Of a stretch of 40,720 nucleotides of DNA, positions 27,130-35,495 are shown one piece after another. The position numbers and the translations under genes are program-made. How positions within the stretch are numbered: the first letter of the stretch is position 1; each line of letters opens with the position of its first letter. Source of the DNA: a virus (taxonomy: Duplodnaviria > Caudoviricetes); the IMG/VR virus record IMGVR_UViG_3300036793_000091, positions 1-40,720 of that record; one strand, given 5' to 3'. The notes beneath the pieces are model-generated. The model was not told the DNA's origin and made no database searches. It was given only the letters and a program-made list of their open reading frames with translations.

Positions 27130-27499
27130 TTTCGAAATCGCCATACCGGCACACAGTCGCTTGCGGCAGGATCTTCGCCATGACGTCGGCTTGCTCTGAT
27201 CGGGAATGGATCACGACTTTCCCCGCGAACTTCGAGTAGGCGAGATAGCGCGCAACCTCTTTGCCGTTGCCATGCTGCCGATCGGGATAGCCGGCGTCCA
27301 TCCAGTGCAGATCGTGATCGAGAAAGACGGCGTCGAACTCTTCAGCTGAGAGGATCGCGAGCGCTTCCTCGGCCGTCTTCGCCGAGCGGATCCGCGGCAA
27401 CCGCGAACGAAACCAGTCCAGACGCTCTTCGGTGTCATCGAGCACGAACACTCGCCAGCCGGCAGGAATTTGGATCGACCTACACATCGACGTACACAT
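27077..27499 (-). CDS. cyclic-phosphate-processing receiver (cREC)-like protein
   Basis: VFVLDD..ER, T.EEA..IL, FD.VFLDHDL, G.EVA..L, VVIHS; start may be 27487 or later. Confidence 0.75.
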   Translation of the reverse strand: MCTSMCRSIQIPAGWRVFVLDDTEERLDWFRSRLPRIRSAKTAEEALAILSAEEFDAVFLDHDLHWMDAGYPDRQHGNGKEVARYLAYSKFAGKVVIHSRSEQADVMAKILPQATVCRYGDFEITQDAPLSPQLRQCAGS

Positions 27500-27501
27500 A
27501 T

Positions 27502-29007
27502 ATGAGACATTTTGACGCTCTAACTCGCCCGCGACAATGGCACTTAGGATCAGTTACCAGGCTCGGTTTCTGGCTGTTACTGGCTAGTTACTTCTGTGCC
27601 TCCGCTCTTGCGCAGACGCTGCCAACCGTGATTTTGGCGCCTCTGCCGCAACTTCAGTTCTTTGACCAGGGCGGCCGGCCGCTCGCTTTTGGCTGCGTCT
27701 TCACCTACGTTTCGGGCACGACTACCCCGCTTGCGACCTACACCGATTCGTCGACAGGAACACAAAACCAGAACCCGGTGATCCTCACGGCCGGCGGATC
27801 CGCGAACATCTGGATCCAGGCGGGGCAGGCCTACAGCTTCCGCGTGAAAACAGCGGGCGGCTCGAATTGCGCCTCGGGGAGCACGCTTTACACGGTGAAC
27901 GGCATCGGCGGCGGCGTCTCCGTTTTGACGACCGTGGTGCCTTACTCGTCGACGGTCACTTTTCAGGTTGCTTCGCAGAATCAGCTCTTCCAATTGACGC
28001 TCACCGGCAACGCATCGAGTCTTCCTCTCACGGCCGTCGGAATTGTTCCGCCGGGGCTCATCGCCTTCCAGATCACGCAGGACTCGGCCGGCGGTCACAC
28101 CTTCAGCTGGCCATCGAACGTGATCGGCGGCTGCATCATCGGGAGCGGGACGAACCAGGTCACGACCCAATTCTTCGTTTGGAACGGGACGAACGCGACT
28201 GCAACCGGGCCTTGTGTCACGGGCAGCGGCCCCTCGATCGACGTGGGAGCGATTCTTGCGAGCGGAGTCTTCACCTCGACCGTGACGACAGGCACGTCGC
28301 CGTTTGTGGTCGCGTCGACGACACAGGTAAGCAACCTCAATGCGAATTTCCTCGAAGGCGCCGACTGGGCCTCCCCGGGCACGATCGGATCGACCGCGCC
28401 GAACACCGGAAAATTCACAACCCTCGAAGCGCAGACGAGCTTCAAGCTCAACGGGTCGACGGTACAGACCGGAATTCAGGGCAGCGATACGAAGCTCATG
28501 ACCGCGGGCACCGTTGGAGGGGGGACGGGCGCGGTCCTATGCACTGACGCCCTGGGCGGATCGACGACCGTCTCGTGCCCTGGTGGCGGAACCGCCAACG
28601 TGCCGCAACGCGTCGTGCTCGGATCGCCGTTTTCGCTCACGGCGAATACAGAAGCGATCGTTCTCACTGAGTCAGTCACCTTTCCCTCGGCTCCAGGCAC
28701 TTACCGCGCCGACATGCGATACGGGGCCTGGATCACGGCGGGAGCGAACGCTTGCGCGGCTGAAGTGATCAACGCGACCGGCTCTCACGCGTATGCCTTA
28801 AGCGGCCAGAACGCGAACGGAACGGGATATATGGGGCTCTCGGGCTCCGAAGTTTCTCCGGACACATTCGCGGCCTCGTCGACGGCCACCTTCAATCTGG
28901 TGATGATCTGCAACTCGAACCAGACCGTAACCGTACTTAGCGGAATCTTCTCCTTCTCCATCGGTGAGCCGACCTATCTCGCCGTGACGCCGGTTTTAAG
29001 CAACTAG
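27502..29007 (+). CDS. tail fibre/adaptor with podoviral virion-attachment N-domain, preceded by signal peptide
   Basis: FWLLLASYFCASALA|Q then QFFDQGGRPLA.G.V.TY.SGTTTPLATYTD..G..N.NPV.L.A.G.A.IW; GTSPFVVASTTQVSNLNA fibre motif. Confidence 0.8.
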   Translation: MRHFDALTRPRQWHLGSVTRLGFWLLLASYFCASALAQTLPTVILAPLPQLQFFDQGGRPLAFGCVFTYVSGTTTPLATYTDSSTGTQNQNPVILTAGGSANIWIQAGQAYSFRVKTAGGSNCASGSTLYTVNGIGGGVSVLTTVVPYSSTVTFQVASQNQLFQLTLTGNASSLPLTAVGIVPPGLIAFQITQDSAGGHTFSWPSNVIGGCIIGSGTNQVTTQFFVWNGTNATATGPCVTGSGPSIDVGAILASGVFTSTVTTGTSPFVVASTTQVSNLNANFLEGADWASPGTIGSTAPNTGKFTTLEAQTSFKLNGSTVQTGIQGSDTKLMTAGTVGGGTGAVLCTDALGGSTTVSCPGGGTANVPQRVVLGSPFSLTANTEAIVLTESVTFPSAPGTYRADMRYGAWITAGANACAAEVINATGSHAYALSGQNANGTGYMGLSGSEVSPDTFAASSTATFNLVMICNSNQTVTVLSGIFSFSIGEPTYLAVTPVLSN

Positions 29008-29026
29008 AACCCGCAAACCTAATCCC

Positions 29027-32017
29027 ATGAAAACCTTTATCTGCTCACTTCTGTTACTCGCTTCCCTTCCTGCGCTGGCGCAAAACGTGCGCTTTGACGC
29101 GCCTTTCCCGTCGGTCTCTTCAGCGTCGACGACTCCGTACCTGGTCGCGAACGTGCCGCCCAATTCGCCGGTGCTTGCGGTCTGCAACTCGCCCGCGAAT
29201 GCCGTGCCCTGCACGAACTATGCGACGACTTACACGAGCGCCGGCGTCGCGTGCCCGAATGGAGCGCAAGACACTCCGCAGCCACAGCCCTCCGCGTGCC
29301 AGGCCTCCGGAGACGCGCAAGGCAACATCGGCTTCTGGGCTCCGCCCGCAAAATACGACTACACGGTCTGCGTCGGCACGAATTGCTATGGCCCCTACAC
29401 GGTGACGATCGGGGGCGGAAGCTCAAGCGTCGCCGGCGCGACGCCGAATGGCGGCCTGTTGCTGACGGGCGGCACGACTCTCGGCCTGTTGACTAGCTGC
29501 AACGCGCCAAACGTCGAGATTTACAACGGCACGGCATGGATCTGCGGCAATCAGATCCCGATCACAAACGTCGCGGGCCTTGCGAGTGTGCTCGGGAAGC
29601 AGAATGGTTCGCTTGCTGTAGTGACGAATGGATCGAGTGCCCTCGATTGCAGCAGCGGCGGCGGTGCGAACACCGTACTCTGTCAGTTCAATGGCTCGGG
29701 CTGGTCCGCAGTAGCGAGCGCCGGGAAACAGCTCGTCGATGTGCGGGACTACGGCGCCGTGGGCGATGCGCAGCTCGCGACCGATTGCTCGTCGATATCC
29801 GGCTCGGCGGTCATCAATTGTTCGACATCCCATTTCACGTCTGCTGATATCGGGAAAGTAATCGTTCTATGGCAGGCGGGACTAATCTATAGCGTTAATT
29901 TTACCGAGCCTTTAAGCGCGACCATCCTCACCGTCAATTCTGGAACGCAAGTAACTCTAAGTGTGGCAGCGGGAGCGACCATCAACCCATCGCCCCATAC
30001 GGCCTGGGGCACAAACAATCAGACCGCCGTCACGAACGCGATCAATAACTCGACGTGCTCGAAAACAAACGCGGGCGATCAAAGCGGGTGCACTCTTTAC
30101 TTTCCACACGGCTACTACCTGTTGCAAATGATCGAATTCCCGTGCGGCGCCCTCGGGACGTTTGGACCGTACACGTGCACCACGTTTTCGAAGAATATTA
30201 CGATCACCGGCGATTCGGCCACGACAACACACCTCGAGAATTGGGATGGGAACGAAGCGAACACAATTTGCGCGGCTTACACCTACACTTGCGGGCTGAT
30301 CTCGTTCGGGGCACACAGCACAAACGAGGGAAGCTTCTCAGATGCGGCGCACGTGGTTCAAGGCGTTACGATCAAAGACATGCGACTGACGCAAGCACCG
30401 TACGGTGCTGGCAATTTCTTCAAGTCGAATGGCGTCGTGTCCCTCGGCCTGACCAAAGATTCCGAGCTTCGCAACACCTTCATCGAGGGGTCTTCGTATC
30501 TATGTGTGAGCGGCGGCGGCGGCACGATGCCCAACGCAAACATGAAGATTCACGACAACTTCTTGCGCTTTTGCGGGTGGGGCGGTCCGGCGATCGGCAA
30601 CTCACAGGCAGCCCTCAACCCGATCGCGCCCTACACGAAGATCTACAACAACACCGTTTATTACTCAGCCCAATGCGTGGAGACAAGCGCGCCATTCGTC
30701 GAAGTATTGAACAATCGCTGCGAAGCTCTCGACGACGTCACGGGAGCCGCGATGCCGGCCTATGTCAATCCGCAATGGTGTCTGAATTTTGATTCCTCTA
30801 CGTACGGCTTTTGGGATATGACGATCATAGGCAACCTCTGCCGCCACTACGGCAGCGGCGGCTACATAGTGAACACCGTCAACGTGATGAGCAATATCGA
30901 CATGGAGGACAACACCTTCGTGAACACGCAGAGTTTCACTCTGCAGGGCGGGATCGAGGGGCCGACGACGGGATGGCCTAACGGACTTCTGCCGCCGCAG
31001 GTGCACGGCACATCGTATTTTGTTAATAACAAGTTCATTTTCGACGGCAGCTTCACCGCAGGACTCCAAACCATTGGGATCATTCTTAATTCTGCGAAAG
31101 AAAAGTGGGTGATTGATCGCAACACCATAGTGTTAGCGGGCTCACTCAACGGTTCGAATTGCACCAGTTGCAACGGCCTAAAACTGATAGGCGGCATTCC
31201 CGGTTGGCAACCCTCGACTACTTACACGGTGAGCCTCACGGCGCCGAGCTATGTGCAGCCATCGATCCCGAATAGCTTCTGGTACGCGACGCTTGCGGCG
31301 GGAACGACCTGCACGAGCGGCGCGGCCCCCGGTCCAACGTTTCCGACGGTTATCGGCAACACCGTGGCAGACGGTACTTGCACCTGGAAAAACATGGGAC
31401 CAAAGCCGGTCCACGCGATCTCTAATTTGAGTATCGCATTCCCCACCGGATCGACGAATAACCAGTGGGTCGTGTGGAACCAAGGGGTGCTTCCGTCCGA
31501 CTTCACTATCAGTAATCTCCAGGTCTCGGGCGGCCTGATCGGCGGAGTGCCCGAGAGCCAATATCAAACCGCGGTGAGCTTCGGTTTGCAAGGATTCCCG
31601 CCGTCATGGAGCCCAACGACGGGCTTGAGAATTCGCGAGGGTCTGCCATTCGGTAACGCGAATTTGCTCAGCAGCAACAGCGCGATCCCCGGCGGAAATT
31701 ACTATCGTGTGGGCGACACGGTTTACCAGCACATCCCCGCGGCCACCACGAGTCCTGGATGGGTCACGCTCACCGCAGGATGGCACGCAAACGCATGGAT
31801 TGCGACTCACGCGTACGTGTACAACGACATCATTCAAGCGGTCACCGATAACGGACACGTATTCGTCGCGCAAGGTACATGCACGTCCGGAACTCCAGAA
31901 CCAACGTGGAACCTAGGCGCGGGAACAATCACCGCAGATAACGCCGGCGGCGGTACTTGCAGCTGGAAGGAAGCTGGCGCCGACGCCACTTTCGGCAAGA
32001 TCGCAGCTCTTCAATAA
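29027..32017 (+). CDS. tailspike (beta-helix depolymerase-like) with signal peptide and two CBM-like W-x4-Y repeats
   Basis: MKTFICSLLLLASLPALA|Q; VDVRDYGAVGD...A...AI...TLYFP.G.Y pectate-lyase-3-type entry; Asn-rich beta-helix; 30 Cys in the mature part. Confidence 0.82.
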   Translation: MKTFICSLLLLASLPALAQNVRFDAPFPSVSSASTTPYLVANVPPNSPVLAVCNSPANAVPCTNYATTYTSAGVACPNGAQDTPQPQPSACQASGDAQGNIGFWAPPAKYDYTVCVGTNCYGPYTVTIGGGSSSVAGATPNGGLLLTGGTTLGLLTSCNAPNVEIYNGTAWICGNQIPITNVAGLASVLGKQNGSLAVVTNGSSALDCSSGGGANTVLCQFNGSGWSAVASAGKQLVDVRDYGAVGDAQLATDCSSISGSAVINCSTSHFTSADIGKVIVLWQAGLIYSVNFTEPLSATILTVNSGTQVTLSVAAGATINPSPHTAWGTNNQTAVTNAINNSTCSKTNAGDQSGCTLYFPHGYYLLQMIEFPCGALGTFGPYTCTTFSKNITITGDSATTTHLENWDGNEANTICAAYTYTCGLISFGAHSTNEGSFSDAAHVVQGVTIKDMRLTQAPYGAGNFFKSNGVVSLGLTKDSELRNTFIEGSSYLCVSGGGGTMPNANMKIHDNFLRFCGWGGPAIGNSQAALNPIAPYTKIYNNTVYYSAQCVETSAPFVEVLNNRCEALDDVTGAAMPAYVNPQWCLNFDSSTYGFWDMTIIGNLCRHYGSGGYIVNTVNVMSNIDMEDNTFVNTQSFTLQGGIEGPTTGWPNGLLPPQVHGTSYFVNNKFIFDGSFTAGLQTIGIILNSAKEKWVIDRNTIVLAGSLNGSNCTSCNGLKLIGGIPGWQPSTTYTVSLTAPSYVQPSIPNSFWYATLAAGTTCTSGAAPGPTFPTVIGNTVADGTCTWKNMGPKPVHAISNLSIAFPTGSTNNQWVVWNQGVLPSDFTISNLQVSGGLIGGVPESQYQTAVSFGLQGFPPSWSPTTGLRIREGLPFGNANLLSSNSAIPGGNYYRVGDTVYQHIPAATTSPGWVTLTAGWHANAWIATHAYVYNDIIQAVTDNGHVFVAQGTCTSGTPEPTWNLGAGTITADNAGGGTCSWKEAGADATFGKIAALQ

Positions 32018-32026
32018 AACACCGCA

Positions 32027-32089
32027 GTGACTCCACAACAAAAGCAATTCTTGAGGGAAGCCTTTGCCTCGGCCGAGAAGGCCTTATGA
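32027..32089 (+). other. 20-codon mini-ORF coupled to the lysin (possible remnant of a replaced lysin gene)
   Basis: GTG-TPQQKQFLREAFASAEKAL-TGA; stop overlaps ATG 32086. Confidence 0.35.
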
Positions 32090-32514
32090 AGATCGATATT
32101 TTTAGATTCCTCGAAACCGACCGCTCGATCACGGACCGCGTCCTCGTCGACGGCGAGCAATTCTGTTTCGCGCTTGAGCCTTCGCGCCTTCACCCGGTCC
32201 ATGCGGGGCACCCGTGCATTCCGTGCGGAGTCTTCAAAGTGAAGCTCACCATGAGCCCGCATTTTGGTTATGTCACGCCGGAGCTCCTCGACGTCCCAGG
32301 ACGCACGAATATTCGCTGGCACAAAGGCAATGAGCCGAAAGATTCTCTCGGCTGCACCTGTGTCGGCGAGAGCTACGGTCCGCAACCTGATTGGGTTGGC
32401 GGCAGCAAGCCCGCATTCGATCGACTGATGCAGCTCTGCGAGGCGGCAGAAGCGCGTCACGAAGAGATCACCGCGGAATATCACGACATCGCACCACAGG
32501 AGACAAAACCATGA
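32086..32514 (+). CDS. DUF5675-family putative endolysin (L,D-peptidase-like His/Cys)
   Basis: FCFALEP...CIPCG.F.V....SP.F...P.L.DVPGR.NIR.H.GN...DS.GC..VG. Confidence 0.85.
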   Translation: MKIDIFRFLETDRSITDRVLVDGEQFCFALEPSRLHPVHAGHPCIPCGVFKVKLTMSPHFGYVTPELLDVPGRTNIRWHKGNEPKDSLGCTCVGESYGPQPDWVGGSKPAFDRLMQLCEAAEARHEEITAEYHDIAPQETKP

Positions 32515-33077
32515 GCATCACCTCGTTCGCCAAAAAAGCGGCACCGTGGATTGCGACCATCGCATCGGCCGCCGTCCCGGGCGCTGCGCCTTTTTTAAAT
32601 ATCGCCGCGAAGCTTTTGTCGAATGGCCTCGGAGCAGATATTAAGGCGGACCCGCAAAGCATTCAGAATGCGATTACGACTGCTATGGCGAGCCCAGAGC
32701 AACTAGCGATCCTGAAAAAGGTCGACGATGACTTCGCCGTGCAAATGCGCTCGCTCGGAATTCAGGAAGCCGAAGATGTCGCGAAAATGATGACCGACGA
32801 TCTAGCGAACGCCCGCGCCCGCGAAGTGGCGGTGAAAGATTCAACCCCGCGCGTCCTGGCATACGGGATCGTGATGCTCGCGCTCCTGGCGTCGTATATC
32901 GTCCTCGCCGGGAAATCTCCGGCGCTCAAAGACACGACTGGCGCAACACTCGTCGGCGTCGTGATCGGTTACATCTTTGGCGAAGTGAAGCAGGTTTTCT
33001 CGTACTACTTCGGCAGCTCGGCCGGCAGCGATCGCAAAACCGAATTGCTCGCCGAAGCGCCACCGGTTTCGAAGTAA
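32511..33077 (+). CDS. holin
   Basis: AGGAG RBS; AP.IAT, D...AR.RE, two C-terminal TM helices, V..YYFGSS.GS..K. Confidence 0.82.
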   Translation: MSITSFAKKAAPWIATIASAAVPGAAPFLNIAAKLLSNGLGADIKADPQSIQNAITTAMASPEQLAILKKVDDDFAVQMRSLGIQEAEDVAKMMTDDLANARAREVAVKDSTPRVLAYGIVMLALLASYIVLAGKSPALKDTTGATLVGVVIGYIFGEVKQVFSYYFGSSAGSDRKTELLAEAPPVSK

Positions 33078-33107
33078 TAGATTTTCCAAGGAAGGAACAC
33101 AAACAGC

Positions 33108-33338
33108 ATGCACCCATTAATCGTGATCGCTCTCCTCGCGTCGGGCTTCGCCTCTGGAGCCTGCGTCGCACTTGTCTTCCACAAATTCATTTTGAGCGAC
33201 GCGGAACTCGCGAAGCAGCAGGTTGAAGCCGAAGCCGCGGCCATCAAGTCGCACGTCTCGGCCGTCATCGCGTCCGTCGAAGGGCGCATCCGGGCCGACG
33301 TGCAACATGTGCTCAGCAAGATTGGGGCGAAGGTCTAG
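33108..33338 (+). CDS. membrane-anchored coiled-coil protein (spanin-like position)
   Basis: AAGGAAGG RBS; N-terminal TM followed by helix; end of lysis cassette. Confidence 0.55.
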   Translation: MHPLIVIALLASGFASGACVALVFHKFILSDAELAKQQVEAEAAAIKSHVSAVIASVEGRIRADVQHVLSKIGAKV

Positions 33339-33712
33339 CTCGCTTCTTTGAGCCGTCTGGGCGGCGGGATGATCTGGCCGGTTAGTTCGGGCCTATAGAG
33401 CAACTCCTGGCGGCGCTCCTGTAGTTGCTTCCACGCTTCGTGAGCGACATCGGGATCCGCGCCGACCAGGTCGAGCAGGATTTTGAAAATCGCGACATCG
33501 AAGGGCGCGGCTTTTGAGGGCTCCTTTTCGACTGTGACGGTCCGGGTCGCACATTGTGGGCAGAGGAACATGCTCTCTGACTTCGACGTGCGGCGCTTCC
33601 CCATGCCGTGCGTGCGTGCAAAGCATCTGATCTCGACGGCGCTCTCGTAAGGTTGAATTTCCCGCAGACATCGCGACGAACAGCAGATTTGCGGCTGGCG
33701 CAATCGGGCCAT
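33335..33712 (-). CDS. Zn-finger protein, possible regulator
   Basis: GAGGAG RBS; CCSSRC...FLCPQC; palindromic sites directly upstream. Confidence 0.65.
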   Translation of the reverse strand: MARLRQPQICCSSRCLREIQPYESAVEIRCFARTHGMGKRRTSKSESMFLCPQCATRTVTVEKEPSKAAPFDVAIFKILLDLVGADPDVAHEAWKQLQERRQELLYRPELTGQIIPPPRRLKEAS

Positions 33713-33727
33713 ATAGCTCCTCAAAAA

Positions 33728-33762
33728 GGTTTGGTACCAAACCGGAATCGCATTGGTACCAA
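33728..33762. promoter_or_regulatory. paired palindromic operators TTGGTACCAA (33731, 33753)
   Basis: First lies within the perfect 16-bp palindrome GGTTTGGTACCAAACC; 22-bp spacing; divergent intergenic region. Confidence 0.7.
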
Positions 33763-33960
33763 ATTGTTTTGCGCTTAGCTTAACAGCCCGGTGTTACTTC
33801 GGGCATCTAGTCAGTCAACACGAGCCGGAATAGAGTGGCGCGCATGTGCTGCGAAGAGAAAACAAATCAAGCTCCAATCTCCGACCGCCGCCTCAGAAAT
33901 TCACAGGCGAACTACGGTGACACAGTGGCCGATTGCGCCGGCGGACAAATTGGGAAAGCG

Positions 33961-34182
33961 ATGACCGACGCCGAAATTCTGGCCGCGCTTTTTAGCTACC
34001 ACCCGCCAACGCCTGAGACGTTGCCGAAATATGCAGCGATTAACCAGGCGGCGAAGAATTTCGCGGAAGTGCTTTTGCAAAACTGCCCGCCGAGCGCTGA
34101 CAGGTCCGCCGCGATCCGCCTCATCCGCGACGCGCGCATGACCGCAAACGCATCGATCGCGCTGAACGGGTTAAGTCTCTAA
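33961..34182 (+). CDS. Acb2/Tad1-like helical-hairpin protein (candidate signalling-nucleotide sponge)
   Basis: F.YHPP......Y..I..AAK.FA......CP.S.DRS.A......A.M.ANA.IA. Confidence 0.7.
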   Translation: MTDAEILAALFSYHPPTPETLPKYAAINQAAKNFAEVLLQNCPPSADRSAAIRLIRDARMTANASIALNGLSL

Positions 34183-34230
34183 GGCAAGCCGCGGCCGCTG
34201 CCGGATGTGTGGCGGCCGGGAATTTTTGTC

Positions 34231-34644
34231 ATGTCGCCCACCGCCGAAAAAGTTTGTGTCGTCGTCACGAAGGCCGAGCTCCTCGAGCTCGCCGAGTGGG
34301 AGACGAAGTACGCGGCCGCGAATAAAAAAGTTGCCGAGGCGAAAAAAGAAGTCGAGTTCCGCCGCCAGGCGCTCGCGGAAAAAGTTCTCGGAGTGAAATC
34401 CTCGGACGAGCTGAAGCAGTTGGACCCCGCGAAGCTCGTGAAGCTGCAAACGAAACGTCTCACCGACGGCGATTGGAAGGTCGAGCGCGGCGCTCCGTTT
34501 TTCGTCTTCACAAAAACCAGCTCCGGGCAGTACCCGGCGTGGAAGCAGATCTACATCGACGAGCTCGGTGAGACTTCCGCCAACCAGGTCGCGGCTGAAG
34601 CCCCTCTCGTGTACTCGTACAAAGTAGAAGTCGTCGTCGCCTGA
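34231..34644 (+). CDS. coiled-coil hypothetical protein
   Basis: Helical N-terminus, ..PAWK..Y...G.......V C-terminus; clean codon usage. Confidence 0.65.
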   Translation: MSPTAEKVCVVVTKAELLELAEWETKYAAANKKVAEAKKEVEFRRQALAEKVLGVKSSDELKQLDPAKLVKLQTKRLTDGDWKVERGAPFFVFTKTSSGQYPAWKQIYIDELGETSANQVAAEAPLVYSYKVEVVVA

Positions 34645-34879
34645 TCTCGATTTTCAGATTTTCCTCACGGTTTTTCCACTCCCGCTTTTTCCCTCCAGCT
34701 CCACCGCAGTAAATCCCTGATCCGAATTTGGCCTCGCAGTTGCTTTCGCGCTCCCCAGCGAAGGTGTTGGGGTTGTTCGTCCAAAAAATGCTTTGCCCAG
34801 ATCGCGCGCGGGGTTTGCGCGCCTCCGTGTGCTCTTGCGGTTGCTGTTGCTTTTGAATTCCCGCGGGGCTTTCGGAATG

Positions 34880-34985
34880 TATCTATCTAAACCTTAAGTT
34901 CTAAAGATCTTTTTTATGACAACTTGTCAGGAGTCTGATGGCAAGTTGTCGCATGTGACAAGCTGTCAGCCGTGACAAGTTGTCA
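34880..34985. repeat. candidate replication origin: AT-rich tract plus four TGACAAGTTGTCA-like iterons
   Basis: TGACAACTTGTCA 34917, TGGCAAGTTGTCG 34939, TGACAAGCTGTCA 34956, TGACAAGTTGTCA 34973; adjacent ATCTATCTAAACCTTAAGTTCTAAAGATCTTTTTTA. Confidence 0.7.
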
Positions 34986-35076
34986 GGGGTACCTGGGAGG
35001 CTCGGTGCGGCAGCGAACCACGGTCGCCATCGAATCTCCTTGACGGGTGTAACGCATTACCGTTACTGTTGGCGGC

Positions 35077-35409
35077 ATGGAAAAGCGGATTTGTGCCGCC
35101 GACGATTGCAACCAAGAGTTTGTCCCGACGGATTTTCGCCAGAAATTCCACTCGTTTGCCTGCGCGAACAGGACGCGCGTTCGTCGCTGCCGCGATCGCA
35201 AACGACGGACACCCCCATTGCCCCCGCAACCGCCAAACGGCGGCGGGCCTGACGACGGAGATTTCGTGGTCGAACTTGCGCCCGGTGTCGATGTCCGAAA
35301 ATTCCGCATGATACCTGTTATCGGACCTTCGCCATCCGATCAGCCCAAACCTCCACAGTCAGATCACCGTGACGAATTCCGGAGGCAGAGCCTTGCAATC
35401 GCTGCCTAA
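35077..35409 (+). CDS. Zn-finger DNA-binding protein (CGNR/treble-clef-like)
   Basis: CAADDC...F.P....QKFHS.AC..R.RVRR.R.R. Confidence 0.7.
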   Translation: MEKRICAADDCNQEFVPTDFRQKFHSFACANRTRVRRCRDRKRRTPPLPPQPPNGGGPDDGDFVVELAPGVDVRKFRMIPVIGPSPSDQPKPPQSDHRDEFRRQSLAIAA

Positions 35410-35495
35410 GACGGGGTTTGTTCTGAATTTAGAAAACCGGGCGGTTCAAGCGCAGCTTAACCGACTTGTGGTCATAGCCTTCCCTTCCGGAGGGC

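Noticed and set aside
27502-32017. Invertible tail-fibre cassette served by the serine recombinase
   Set aside because: No inverted alternative fibre ends or flanking inverted repeats were seen by eye, and the recombinase is 20 kb away
34917-34985. Short repeats as a CRISPR array
   Set aside because: 13-bp units with 4-9 bp gaps, no spacer-length unique sequences and no cas genes
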